Assembly: GCA_963798085.1 (NCBI GenBank)
Contig: CAWCRS010000003.1
Span: 160,001 to 224,000 of the forward strand
DNA: 64,000 bases
Direction of reading: 5' to 3'
Origin: an uncultured Gemmatimonadales bacterium
GTDB taxonomy: Bacteria > Gemmatimonadota > Gemmatimonadetes > Longimicrobiales > RSA9
Position numbers and translations under genes: made by a program. The notes under the pieces are model-generated. The model was not told the DNA's origin and made no database searches. It saw nothing but the letters and a program-made list of their open reading frames with translations. Below, piece after piece: positions 19,632 to 30,438 of the stretch (the stretch's first letter is position 1; each line of letters begins with the position of its first letter).

Positions 19632-21779
19632 ATGGCAACCATGACCAGGAAAAGCGTGCAGCGCTACATCGACCGCGAGCTGAGCTGGCTCGCGTTCAAT
19701 GCGCGCGTCCTGCAGGAGGCGGCGGATCCCGCCGTGCCGGCCGGCGAGCGGCTCGCATTTCTCGGCATCTGGTCCTCGAACCTCGACGAATTCTTCCGCG
19801 TGCGGGTCGCCTCGCTGCGCAGCCTGCTGCGGCTGAAGCGCAAACGGGTGGCGGAGCTGGGCCTGGATCCGGCCCGCCTGCTGGGCGAGATCCACGTCAC
19901 GGTTGCGGAACAGCAGACGCGCTTCGGGCAGATCTTTCGTAAACAGGTGTTACCGGCGCTCGCCGGGCACGGCATTGCCCTCGTGGACGAGCGGCAGCTG
20001 ACTGCGGCACAGACCGATCAGCTGCGCGCCTGGTTCGAGAGCCAGGTGCGGCCCCTGCTGGAGATCGAGATTCTGGGCGACGACGGTCCGTCACCCTTCC
20101 TGCACAATCGTCAGGTCTATCTCGTCGTCCAGCTCTGGCCGGACACCGACCCGCTGCCGGCGTCGACCAGCCCGACGTACGCCTTGGTGCGTGTGCCATC
20201 GCCACCCCTGCCGCGCTTCGTCGTGCTGGAAGGGACAGACCGCATCGCGCACCCGGTCATCTTCCTCGATGACGTGATCCGCGCGAACCTGGATGCGCTG
20301 TTTCCCGGGCAGCGTGTGCGGGGCGCGTGGGCCGTCAAGCTCACGCGCGACGCCGAGCTGTATCTGGACGACGAGTTCGCGGGTGACATCGTCGCCTCCA
20401 TCCGCAAGAGTCTGAGCAAGCGCGAGACCGGTCTGCCCAGCCGTTTCCTGTACGACATGGAGGCGCCGCACCGGCTCGTGCGCGAGCTGACCCGCCGCCT
20501 CGAGCTGCAGCAGGAAGACCTGGTGATCGGCGGGCGCTACCACAATCTGCACGACCTCTGCGACTTCCCGCGCTTCGACTTGCCGCAGCTCTCGTACTCG
20601 CCGCTGCCCGCGCTGCCGCACGCGCAGCTCGATGATGCGCCATCGCTGCTCGGGGCGATCGGCGCACGCGATCACCTGCTGCACTTCCCGTATCAGCGTT
20701 TCGACACGGTGATCCGCCTGCTCGAGGAGGCCGCGGCCGATCCGGATGTGCGGGAGATCTGGATCACGCTGTACCGTGTGGCGAAGGATTCCGCCGTCGC
20801 GGAGGCGCTGATCCACGCGGCCGAGCGTGGCAAGCGCGTGACCGCGTTCGTCGAATTGAAGGCCCGGTTCGACGAGGAGACGAATCTCGCGTGGGCCGAG
20901 CGCATGGAGCGCGCCGGTGTGCGCACACTCTACAGCCTGCCCGGCCTGAAGGTGCATGCCAAGCTTGCACTCATCGTGCGCCGCGAGGCTGGGGGCGAAC
21001 GCGCGTACGCGTATCTGGGCACCGGCAACTTCAACGAGCGCACGGCCAGGGTCTATGCGGACAGCGCATTGCTGACCGCGGACCCCGCCATCACACGCGA
21101 TGTGCGCGCCGTGTTCGCGTATCTCGCGGGTGACGTGGCTAAGCCGGAATTCAGCGAGCTGCTGGTCGCGCCGTTCCATCTGCGCAAGCGGCTCTACCGC
21201 CTGATCGAAGCGGAAGCGGAGGCCGCGCGGGCCGGCAGGCCGGCCGGCATCCTGCTGAAGCTGAACAGCCTCGAGGACGCGCGCATCATCGAGCGCCTCT
21301 ATGATGCGGCGGCCGCGGGTGTACCCATGCAGCTGATCGTGCGCGGCATCTGCTGTCTGGTGCCAGGCGAGGATGGACTGAGCGAGACGATTGCCGCGCG
21401 CAGCATTATCGACCGCTATCTCGAGCATGCGCGCGTCTTCTGCTTCGCCAATGGCGGGCAGACGCTGTGGTACCTCGCGTCCGCCGACTGGATGACGCGC
21501 AACCTGAGTCGTCGCGTCGAGGTGGCGTTTCCCGTGAAGGATCCGGCACTGCAGCGGGAACTGCGGGCGCTGGTGCAGCTGCAGCTGGCGGACAATGTGA
21601 AGGCACGCATCCTCAATGCGACCGGCGAAAACGCGTATGCGCACGCAACGGATGCGCCGCGTGTGCGTGCGCAGCCGGACACCTATCGTTATCTCCAGGC
21701 GAGAGTTCCTCCGCGGGAGCCGGTGGTGGTGACGGGTGCCGCCGCCGCGGCCGCGCAACCGGAGAGTGTTCGCACATGA
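19632..21779 (+). CDS. ppk1: Polyphosphate kinase 1
   Basis: RELSWLAFNARVL, SNLDEFF, LLHFPY, ELKARFDE, KVHAK, GTGNFN, RGICCL, RYLEHAR and SADWMTRNL. Confidence 0.97.
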   Translation: MATMTRKSVQRYIDRELSWLAFNARVLQEAADPAVPAGERLAFLGIWSSNLDEFFRVRVASLRSLLRLKRKRVAELGLDPARLLGEIHVTVAEQQTRFGQIFRKQVLPALAGHGIALVDERQLTAAQTDQLRAWFESQVRPLLEIEILGDDGPSPFLHNRQVYLVVQLWPDTDPLPASTSPTYALVRVPSPPLPRFVVLEGTDRIAHPVIFLDDVIRANLDALFPGQRVRGAWAVKLTRDAELYLDDEFAGDIVASIRKSLSKRETGLPSRFLYDMEAPHRLVRELTRRLELQQEDLVIGGRYHNLHDLCDFPRFDLPQLSYSPLPALPHAQLDDAPSLLGAIGARDHLLHFPYQRFDTVIRLLEEAAADPDVREIWITLYRVAKDSAVAEALIHAAERGKRVTAFVELKARFDEETNLAWAERMERAGVRTLYSLPGLKVHAKLALIVRREAGGERAYAYLGTGNFNERTARVYADSALLTADPAITRDVRAVFAYLAGDVAKPEFSELLVAPFHLRKRLYRLIEAEAEAARAGRPAGILLKLNSLEDARIIERLYDAAAAGVPMQLIVRGICCLVPGEDGLSETIAARSIIDRYLEHARVFCFANGGQTLWYLASADWMTRNLSRRVEVAFPVKDPALQRELRALVQLQLADNVKARILNATGENAYAHATDAPRVRAQPDTYRYLQARVPPREPVVVTGAAAAAAQPESVRT

Positions 21780-22499
21780 CACCGGACAACGACGGCGGTC
21801 AGGCCCTGTTCGGGCCCATCCGCTCCGACCTGCCTCGTTCGCTGCCGCCGCTCGGCGAATCCGCCGAGCACGAGCCGGAGCGCGAGAAGAAGAGGAAGAA
21901 GAGCAAGGACCGGGACCGGGACCGCGCCGTGCGTGAGAAGGAGAAATCATCGCGCGGCATCGAGACCATGTTCCGCAATTCCTATCGCACGCACATCGAC
22001 ATGAGCGGCCTGGCCGACAGCAAGGCCAACATCATGATCAGCATCAACGGCCTGATCACGGGCATCGTGCTGGGCTCCATCTCCACCAAGATCGACGCCA
22101 ATTCCTGGCTGCTGCATCCCCACGATCATCCTGCTTGTCGGCTGCCTGACCTCGCTGGTCTTCGCCGTAATGGCGGCCCGCCCGCGGGTAACGGCCCGGG
22201 CGCTCACGCTCGAGGACGTGCGCGCGCAGCGTGCTAACATTCTGTTCTTCGGGAATTTCGTGAACCTGCGCGAGGATGAGTTTCGTCAGGGCATGAGCGA
22301 GCTGCTGCAGAATCCCGATGCGCTGTATCTCAGCATGATGCGCGACCTGTACAGTCTGGGCCGCGTGCTGGAGCGCAAGTTCCGCTATCTGCGCTTGTCC
22401 TACAGCATCTTCATTCTCGCGCTGGGCACTGGTGTGGCGGCCTTCATCTTTGCGTTCACGGTTGTCGTGCTGGCCAAGCCCGGTGGTGTGACGCCCTGA
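21776..22499 (+). CDS. DUF5706 / Pycsar-effector-like (PycTM-type) membrane protein, frameshifted at ~22115
   Basis: ATGA overlap with the ppk1 stop. Motifs RGIETMFR...LADSKANIMISIN, AARPRV, NILFFGNF and DLYSLGRVLERKFRYLRLSY. Frame repairs to WLLIPTIILLVG by removing one base. Confidence 0.8.
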
Positions 22500-22549
22500 C
22501 CGGTGCGCCCGCAACGCTGGTGTGATGCTGCTGCGCGACGCGCCCTGGC

Positions 22550-23281
22550 TCAGGACCCCTGGCGCGCAGCGCGGCTGCGCAACAGCTCGCCCAGGCTGCG
22601 CAGCGTCATGCGCAGCTTGAAGCCGAAGATCGCGGCCCGTGAAGGCCGGGGCGGCATGGCCTCCGGCAGGCTCGCCTCGACGGCGGCCAGACCTTCCTCG
22701 TAGAACACGACAGTTTCTACATCGCCTACACCCTCGAAGCACTCCGTCCGCCGCTCGGGCGTCTGCGCATAGAAGTCGCCGAACGAGTCCCAGGCGGGCT
22801 CCGTCAGCATCAGGTACTCGTGCGCGGGCACCGTGTTCTTGAGCATGCGGTGCACGACGATCACGTCCAGCCCGAAGAGCTTCTCGAAGCGGTCGATGCG
22901 CTCCACCGCCACCTCGCCTGTGTGCACCACCTGCTTGAGGCGCAGGTTGCCCACGTTGATGCACGCATCGCACACGCACATGGGCACGGTCTGCAGCGCC
23001 GCGATCTGCTGCTTGAAGACGCGGAACAGGCGGGGCAGCTGCGCCTTCACTTCGCCGGCCACGCGCTGCACGGTGGCGGGCGTGGCGAGGGCGTAGAAGA
23101 AGACGGCATCGCCTTCCAGCTCCGCCACCTTGAGCGGTGGCCCGCTGCTGCGCACCAGGGAATCCAGCAGGCGCACGATGATCTGGCGCGCGTGACTGCT
23201 CGAGATGGCGTACAGCCGCATGAATTGCGTGAAGCCGCTGATGTCCGCCAGCACGAGCACGGCCCGCATGGTGTCACTCAT
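22550..23281 (-). CDS. DUF2652-family protein (class III nucleotidyl cyclase-like fold)
   Basis: VLADISGFT, ELEGDAVFFY, CVCDAC, LKQVVHTGE and FGLDVIVVHRMLKN. Confidence 0.8.
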   Translation of the reverse strand: MSDTMRAVLVLADISGFTQFMRLYAISSSHARQIIVRLLDSLVRSSGPPLKVAELEGDAVFFYALATPATVQRVAGEVKAQLPRLFRVFKQQIAALQTVPMCVCDACINVGNLRLKQVVHTGEVAVERIDRFEKLFGLDVIVVHRMLKNTVPAHEYLMLTEPAWDSFGDFYAQTPERRTECFEGVGDVETVVFYEEGLAAVEASLPEAMPPRPSRAAIFGFKLRMTLRSLGELLRSRAARQGS

Positions 23282-23390
23282 CCACGCCTCGATTGCCAGA
23301 GCCACCTTTCCGGGGCCACGCGATACACTGCCTCGGCCACGCTCGCCGGCGCGCTGCGGCACGCCGGCGTTCCGCTGTGGTAATGACCTG

Positions 23391-26300
23391 TTAACGCTGA
23401 CGGTCACCGGACATGGAGATCACCGTGACCGCCGCGCCACGCAGCTTGTCATTCAATGCCGGCAGATCGCGATCCCGCAATTCGCGGAAGCGCGTGCGTA
23501 ATTCCGCCAGCTTCTGCTTGAGCAGTGTCGCCACGTCGGCCTGTTGCGCGGTGGGTGGGAGATCCGCGCCGCCATTGGCGCCGCCTGCAAGATTGAGGAA
23601 CCGGGCATACAGCCCCATGGGTGCGCGGAACGAATCCTCGCTGCGGCCGGTGAGTGTGACATCCTCGAGCAGCGTCTCAATGGCTGTCGCTTTCTGCTCG
23701 AGATCGGACGTGGCGCGGGCCAGCGTGCCGGAGGTGGCGTCGGTGCGCTCGTGCAGGATGGCGCTCACGTCCTGCAGTTGTTTCCGCGTCCACTCGAGGC
23801 TGTTGATCATGTCGACCGTCTCGTTCACCTGCGTGCGCAAGTCGAGCACGAAACCGACCTGCGTCCTGATGTCTGCCTCGGTACCGAGAGACTTCGGATC
23901 ACGCAGCACGCGCAGCTGCTGGGTGAACTCATGGCCGGCCACGGCGAGCTTGACGTTGTACGTGCCGGGCGGCACGGCGGGTGAGGCACTGGCCCCGCCG
24001 CCACCCCAGACAACGAGCGGCCGCCAGCCATCCGCGCCCACCGTCATCCACGGGCTGCCCACCGGAGCGGTGCGCAGCCGGGGCGTGTGCGCCGCTTCGT
24101 AGCGCAGATTCCACCAGGACCGGTTCAGCCCCGCGCGACCTGCGCCGCGCAGTGTGTTGATGGTGTCTCCATTGGCGCCGAGGATGGTGATGCGCCAGTC
24201 GGCCGGCGCCTTGAGCCAGAAGTTGATGTCGGCGCCGGCGGGAGGGTTCTCGCCATTGACAGAACCGCCACCCGCCGCCACCACCGCCCGGGTTGTTGCT
24301 GACATTGCGGTAGCGGTACACCTCGCGCAGCGGGAAGAGGTGTGCGTCCGCGGCTCGTACACTCGCGTCCAGATTCCGGATGGGCGTGATGTCGTCCAGT
24401 ATGTAGAAGCCGCGGCCATACGTGCCAATGACCAGGTCGTTGTAGTGCTCCTGGATGGTGAGCCAGTGCACGGGCGCATGCGGCAGGTCGATCTGCAGCG
24501 GGAACCATGATGTGCCATCATCGAGCGAGACAAACACGCCGTTATCGGTGCCGGCGTACAGCATGCCTCGCCGCACGGGATCCTCGCGCACCACGTGCAC
24601 GAAACTGGATTGCGATTTGGGAATGCCCGCGCTGATCAGTTTCCACGTCCTGCCGTAATCCGCGGTCTTGTAGATGAGGGGGTCGAAGATGCCGTTGAAC
24701 TGGAGGTCCACCGAGATGTCGGCTGCGCCGGCGTCGAAGCGCGATGGCTCGACATTCGAGATCATGCCCGCGGCCGGAGCCATGACCGCTTTGCTCACGT
24801 TCTCCCAGTGCTGGCCGCCATCCCGCGTGAGGTTCACCTGACCATCGTAGCTGCCGGCCCAGATCAGCCCCTTCTCCTTCGGCGATTCGGCCAGTGCGGA
24901 AAGCGTGGCGCCGCTGAACGTCATCAGGTTGTCGACACTGAGTCCCCCCGAGTTCTCCTTGCGCATGGCTTCATTGCTCGTGAGGTCTGGGCTGATCACG
25001 TGAAAGCTCTGGCCGCCGTCGGTGGTCTCGTGGACCACCTGGCTGCCCACGTAGACCCGGTTGTGATCGAAGGGCGAAATCGCCACCGGGAACACCCAGT
25101 GAAAGCGGTATTTCGCATCGGCCGGCCGCCAGCCATAGACGGCATCCGGCCAGACATCGACGGTGCGCGTCTGTCCGGTTCGGAAATCCATGCGGTCGAG
25201 CTGGCCATCGTAGCAGCCGGACCAGATGATGTTGCTGTCCGCCGGATCGGGAATGGCAAAACCGTCCTCGCAACCGCCCACACCCTGCCAGAGCCCCGGC
25301 GAATGCCGCCGCCGAGGCTGTTGCTGGGACCGCGCGAGGCGCCGCCATCCTGCATGTTGCCGTACACGTTGTACGGGATCTCGTTGTCCACCCAGACGTG
25401 GTACATCTGGGCGATGGGCAGTGTCACGCGACTGTACGTCTGGCCGCGATCCATGCTGATGCTCGCGCCCCCATCATTGGCCACCATAATGCGGCGAGGA
25501 TTGAGCGGATCGATCCAGACATCGTGATTGTCGCCGCCAGCGCTCGCCTCCGTGCGCACGAAGGACTCGCCGCCATCGTAGGAAACACTCCAGGACACAC
25601 AGGGGAAGTAGAGCCGGTTGGGATCATCGGGCGCCACAGCCAGTCGCGTGTAATAGGGTGAGCGCTCCGCCAGCAGATGATCGCGATTCACCAGGCGCCA
25701 CGTTTCACCACCATCATTGGAGCGGTAGAGACTCGGCGTGCTGTCTTCCATCAGCACGTACACGCGCTGCGGGTTGCTCGGTGCAATCGCCACCGCAGTC
25801 TTGCCCACGGGCCGATTCGCGGCCGGCAGACCATTGCCGCTCAGCTTCTTCCAGGTGGTGCCGCCGTCGCGCGACACGTACGCGCCGCCGCTGGTCCCGC
25901 CGCTCTTCAGGTCCCACCACTTCACGTCGACCTGCCACAGGCCCGCGAACAGCGTGCGCGGATTGCCCGGATCCATGGCGAGATCCGCGCAGCCCGTGTT
26001 CTCATCCACGAAGAGCACACGCTCCCAGGACTGGCCGCCATTGGTGGTGCGGTAGACGCCGCGCTCCTGCTGCGGCCCGTGTGCATGACCGAGCGCGCAG
26101 GCAAACACAATGTCCGGATTGGTTGGGTGAATCACGATCCGGCCAATGCGACCGGTCTTCTCGAGACCCATCGGCCTCCACGTCTGGCCGACGTCATCCG
26201 AACGGTAAATGCCATTGCCCAGTGCGTGCGCCGGCCGGATCAGGAACGTCTCGCCCGTGCCCGCCCAGATCGTGTTCGGCTGCGACGCCGGGATGGCCAG

Positions 26301-26591
26301 TGATCCAATCGACTGCACCGGCTCATCGTCGAACATCGGGTGCCAGCTGATGCCGCCATCCACCGTCTTCCACACGCCGCCTGACGCGGCGCCCACGAAC
26401 GAGATCATGGGATCGCCCGGCACGCCCACCACGGCGATCGCGCGGTTGCCACGCGGCCCTATGAAGCGATAATGCAGCGGGTCGAACGCGGCCGGCTCGA
26501 TCTGCTGCGGTGCACCAGCCGCCGGCATGAAGGCCAGCGTGCCAAGGATGGCCAGCGTGCAGCGGAACGGCGCGGAGGTGAGCGTTCTCAT
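23391..26591 (-). CDS. Large secreted BNR/VPS10-repeat glycosyl-hydrolase-like protein, frameshifted at ~25295 and ~24272
   Basis: Signal peptide, YRFIGP, GGVWKTVDGG, many [ST]xDGG/SxDxG Asp-boxes, YGNMQD, LVIGTYGRG, GENPP and AGLNR. Three consecutive ORFs join with single-base indels. Confidence 0.85.
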
Positions 26592-26923
26592 GGTTGGTCT
26601 CCCGGGAAACAAAGGAGCGACGCGCAGAAGTAAACAGCCGCATGCAAGGTGACTGGCGGCACCGGCACGGGGCAATGGCCAGGCGAGGATCTCTTGCTGC
26701 AGCGCGCTGCTGGCACTTCGCCGCGGCAGTGTGTGCGACGATTCTCCGCTGGCCGCCTGCTGCGTGCTCGCCCTCGCTCGCTGCTCCTGCTGACCACATT
26801 ATCCCGGTCAGGAAGTGCGAGCCGCTCGATCGCCTGACGAGAAGTTCGCGAACAACATCGGCAGTGCGACGCTTCGCCGCCGCTGCTGCGGCTGGCCAGC
26901 CTGCTGAATCAGAGGAGGAGACC

Positions 26924-28894
26924 GTGATCGACTGCGCACACCGCCTGTACCGGTATCGAGCCCTTCGCCTCCTCGCTTCCGCCGGGATCACGCTCGCGCT
27001 GGCGGCCACAGCGCCACGCCGGGTCGCCGCGCAGATCACGGTGGGCCGCAATGTGCAGGTGAGCGCGGCGCGTCCGAACGACATTCATTCCGAGGTCATT
27101 CTGGCCGCTGATCCCCTGCACGCGGAGCGCCTCCTGGCCGGCGTGCACATCAGCTGGGCCGACACCGTGGGCATCAAATCGATCGCCTACGTTTCGTTCG
27201 ACGGTGGCAGGACGTGGGACGTGTCGCTCGAGCGACGTGACTCCACGATCACGGCAGATCCCGCAGTTGCCTACGGTCCGGATGGCTCGGCGTACTTCGC
27301 CACACTGGCGCGCTGGGGGTTCTACCGCTCGCGCAATGGCGGTCGCACGTGGGATCCGCCGAGCAGAGTGCCGCCCGCGTACGCCTGGGACCGCGAGTAC
27401 ATCGTCTCCGATTTCACGGACGGCAAATACCGCGGTCGCGTGTACATGAACTCGACAGTCTTCCCCGTGTGGATCTCGCCGCCGGCCGACACGACCGCGG
27501 GACGCGGGGCTGGCGCGGGCCAGCGTGAGTACGGTGTGGGCATTTTCACGTCGACGGATGGCGGCACCACGTTCAACAACCCCATCATGCGCCTCGTCGT
27601 CCGCCCCGAGGGCATCCTGGGAATGGCGAACAGCGTGGTGCTCTCGGACGGAACGCTGGTGACGTTGTACGGACACTCGAAGGGCACGCAGACCGGCCGC
27701 GGCGGGGCCGGCGTGCCGTTGCCCGCCGCGAACTACTGGCTCGAAGTCGTTACTTCAACGGATGGCGGCGAGACGCTCACGAATGCCTTCCGCATCGGCG
27801 ACTACTACATGAACCGCCCGCGCTCCGAGGGCGCCGTCATCCCGCACCTGGCCGTGGACCCGGGCTCCGCGCTGTTCAAGGACCGGCTGTACGCCGTGTG
27901 GAGCGACTTTCGCACGAACCGGCTCGAAATCCTGCTCTCCTGGTCGAGCGACAAGGGCAAGACCTGGTCCGACCCCATCACCATCAATGACGATCGCGCC
28001 GCGGCCGACCCGCTGAAGGATGGCCCGGACAACATCACGCCCACGGTCGCCGTAAATCGGGATGGCGTGGTGGCGGTCTCGTGGTACGACCGGCGCGACT
28101 TCACCAATGACATGGGCTGGAACATCCGCTTCCGCGCCTCGCTCGATGGCGGTGAGACCTGGCAGCCGAGTGTGAAAGTGACGGACAAGGCCACGGCGTT
28201 CGGCGGCAATGAAGTCTGGGTGGCCGCGGGCAACAGTCGAACTGCCGGCAACGCCGCGCGCAGCGGCGGCCGCTATGTCGGACTCTCCGCCCGGCTCAGC
28301 AACGCAGGCTTCACCTTCGCGCCCGGCCACAATGGCGCGTTCGTGGCGGACGCTAACGGCGTGTTTCACCCGATGTGGATCGATTACCGGACCGGCGTCG
28401 CGCAGGTGTTTACCGCGCCGGTGACCGTCAACGCCAGGGTCGCACTGAATGGCGGCGGTGATCTGGCGGAGCTGCACGATCTTTCGGGAACCGTAAGCCT
28501 GCAGCTGACGAAGACCAGCTACGATCGCCGCAACAACCGTCTCACGTTCCAGGCACGGCTGAAGAACACAGGCAAGAGCGACACGATCCGGGGCCCGCTC
28601 AAGGCGCGCGTGCTGAGCTTTTCCTCGGAAGTGGCGAGGACGATCGAGATCGCCAACGCGGACAATCAGCTGCGCGGTGTGGGCGCTGTCTGGGACTTCA
28701 CGCCGCTGCTTCCGAAAGGCGGGCTGCTGCCCGATTCTCTCACCGCCGCCCGCGATCTGGTGTTCCAGCTGGCGGAGTTGCAACCGTTCCGGCAGGGCAC
28801 GGAGCTCAAGCTGGGGTTCGTCAACCTCGTGGCCCGCATCCTCGGGCCGGCCGCGCCAGCCAGACGTGCTGCGGTGCCGGGTGGCGAAGACTGA
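26924..28894 (+). CDS. Secreted sialidase-like (BNR/Asp-box) protein
   Basis: GAGGAGG SD before GTG, a signal peptide, Asp-boxes SFDGGRTW, SRNGGRTW, STDGGTTF, SSDKGKTW and SLDGGETW, and VSWYDRR. Confidence 0.8.
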   Translation: MIDCAHRLYRYRALRLLASAGITLALAATAPRRVAAQITVGRNVQVSAARPNDIHSEVILAADPLHAERLLAGVHISWADTVGIKSIAYVSFDGGRTWDVSLERRDSTITADPAVAYGPDGSAYFATLARWGFYRSRNGGRTWDPPSRVPPAYAWDREYIVSDFTDGKYRGRVYMNSTVFPVWISPPADTTAGRGAGAGQREYGVGIFTSTDGGTTFNNPIMRLVVRPEGILGMANSVVLSDGTLVTLYGHSKGTQTGRGGAGVPLPAANYWLEVVTSTDGGETLTNAFRIGDYYMNRPRSEGAVIPHLAVDPGSALFKDRLYAVWSDFRTNRLEILLSWSSDKGKTWSDPITINDDRAAADPLKDGPDNITPTVAVNRDGVVAVSWYDRRDFTNDMGWNIRFRASLDGGETWQPSVKVTDKATAFGGNEVWVAAGNSRTAGNAARSGGRYVGLSARLSNAGFTFAPGHNGAFVADANGVFHPMWIDYRTGVAQVFTAPVTVNARVALNGGGDLAELHDLSGTVSLQLTKTSYDRRNNRLTFQARLKNTGKSDTIRGPLKARVLSFSSEVARTIEIANADNQLRGVGAVWDFTPLLPKGGLLPDSLTAARDLVFQLAELQPFRQGTELKLGFVNLVARILGPAAPARRAAVPGGED

Positions 28895-29814
28895 TGGATG
28901 CCGCCCGGCTCATGCGGTGCGCGTCCACCTGTGCACTGCTCGCGCTCACCACATCGCCGCGGCCGGCCCGTGCGCAGGCCACTGGCGCACACAGCGCATT
29001 GGCTGCCTACAATGTCGCCGGTAAGGACCCGGTGCAATTCGAGCTGGAGAAGCCGCTGCGCGAGATTTCCGGCCTCGCCATCAATGCACAGGGTCACATT
29101 TTCGCGCACCAGGACGAGCGCGCGCTCGTCTTCCGGCTGGATCCCGCGAACGGTCGGGTGACGGAGAGCTTCCGCGTGGGCCACAACGGCGTGAGCGGCG
29201 ATTTCGAGGGCATCGCCATTGCCGGCAGGCGCTTCTTCCTCGTGTCCAGCAATGGCACACTGCTCGAGTTCGCGGAAGGCCAGGACGACGCGTCGGTCGA
29301 GTATCAGCGCACCAACCTGGGCACGCGCTCGCAGTGCACGGAGATCGAGGGCCTCGAGTACGACGCGCGCCGCGAGGAGCTGCTGCTCGCCTGCAAGATC
29401 CCCGAGCACAAACTGCGCGACCGACTGCTCGTGCTGGCCTGGTCGCTGCGCACGAAAGCGCTGCTGCCGGAGCCGCGCTTCTCGATCCCGCTCGACGACC
29501 TGAAGGAAAAAGGCGAGCCCGCAAAGCTCAACCCGTCCGGCATCGCCATCCATCCGATCACGGGCACGATCTTCCTCGTCGCCTCGGAGCAGGGCCTCCT
29601 CGTCGAACTGGACCCCGCCGGCCACGTGCTCGGAGTCGCCGAGCTGCGCCGCAAGACCCACCCCCAGCCCGAAGGCATCACCTTTGCGCCCGACGGCACC
29701 CTGTACATCTCCGACGAAGGCCGTTCCGGCCACGGCCAGCTTTCCGTCTATCCGCCGGATCGCGCGAAACTGCCCGGCCGGGCTGGTTCGGGAGGCCGGG
29801 GGGTGCCAAACTGA
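28894..29814 (+). CDS. SdiA-regulated (YjiK-like) beta-propeller protein
   Basis: Signal peptide and repeats EISGL, DFEGI, EIEGL, PSGI and QPEGITF...LYISDEG. Confidence 0.8.
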   Translation: MDAARLMRCASTCALLALTTSPRPARAQATGAHSALAAYNVAGKDPVQFELEKPLREISGLAINAQGHIFAHQDERALVFRLDPANGRVTESFRVGHNGVSGDFEGIAIAGRRFFLVSSNGTLLEFAEGQDDASVEYQRTNLGTRSQCTEIEGLEYDARREELLLACKIPEHKLRDRLLVLAWSLRTKALLPEPRFSIPLDDLKEKGEPAKLNPSGIAIHPITGTIFLVASEQGLLVELDPAGHVLGVAELRRKTHPQPEGITFAPDGTLYISDEGRSGHGQLSVYPPDRAKLPGRAGSGGRGVPN

Positions 29815-29920
29815 GCCTGGAACTGCGTTGCCGGGAGGATCAACAGGCGTTGCCGGGGCAACGCCTCTAACGCAGGATTAGCGCAACCACCACGGACCGA
29901 CGAACAGGCTGACGGAAACA

Positions 29921-30430
29921 ATGAAGAAAGTCCTGCTGCTGCGCCACGCGAAATCGAGCTGGGACGAGGAGGCGTTGCCTGATTTTCAGCGACCGCTGGC
30001 CGAGCGCGGGCGAGGGGCGGCGCAGCGCATGGGCGAGTACATGGCGTCGAAGGGCCTGGTGCCGGACGGCGTGCTGTGCTCGGGTGCGCGCCGGGCGGTG
30101 GAGACCTGGGAGCTGGTCGCGCCCGCGCTCGACAGTCCTCGCGTCCACATCGACGACAACCTCTACATGGCCTCGCCCGATGCGATCCTGGCGTGGCTGC
30201 GGCGCCTGCAGTCGGAGATGAAGGTCGTGCTGCTCATCGGACACAACCCCGGCTTCGAGGAGCTGGCCAGGCGGCTGGTGGGCGACGGCAAGAAGAAAGC
30301 GCTCAAGCAGCTGCACAGGAAATACCCGACCGGCGCGCTTGCCGTGATCCGTTTCAATGTGGCGGGCTGGCCCGACATCATGGACGCGGGCGGCTACATC
30401 GAGCGCTTCATCCGGCCGCGCGACCTGTAG
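29921..30430 (+). CDS. sixA: SixA-family phosphohistidine phosphatase
   Basis: LLRHAKSSW, DFQRPLAERG, SGARRA.ET, IGHNPG and YPTGA. Confidence 0.9.
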   Translation: MKKVLLLRHAKSSWDEEALPDFQRPLAERGRGAAQRMGEYMASKGLVPDGVLCSGARRAVETWELVAPALDSPRVHIDDNLYMASPDAILAWLRRLQSEMKVVLLIGHNPGFEELARRLVGDGKKKALKQLHRKYPTGALAVIRFNVAGWPDIMDAGGYIERFIRPRDL

Positions 30431-30438
30431 CGCCGCAA

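Noticed and set aside
16990..19638. 882-aa minus-strand ORF, and similar long ORFs such as 20091-21950, 32887-34584, 47047-49146 and 58393-60117
   Set aside because: These are antisense or off-frame shadows of well-supported genes. They are Arg/Ala/His-rich with no motifs, as expected in high-GC DNA.
21776..23281. Canonical Pycsar defence operon
   Set aside because: The genes are convergent rather than co-transcribed, the cyclase-like gene resembles DUF2652 rather than PycC, and there is no defence-island context. Kept only as a hypothesis in findings.
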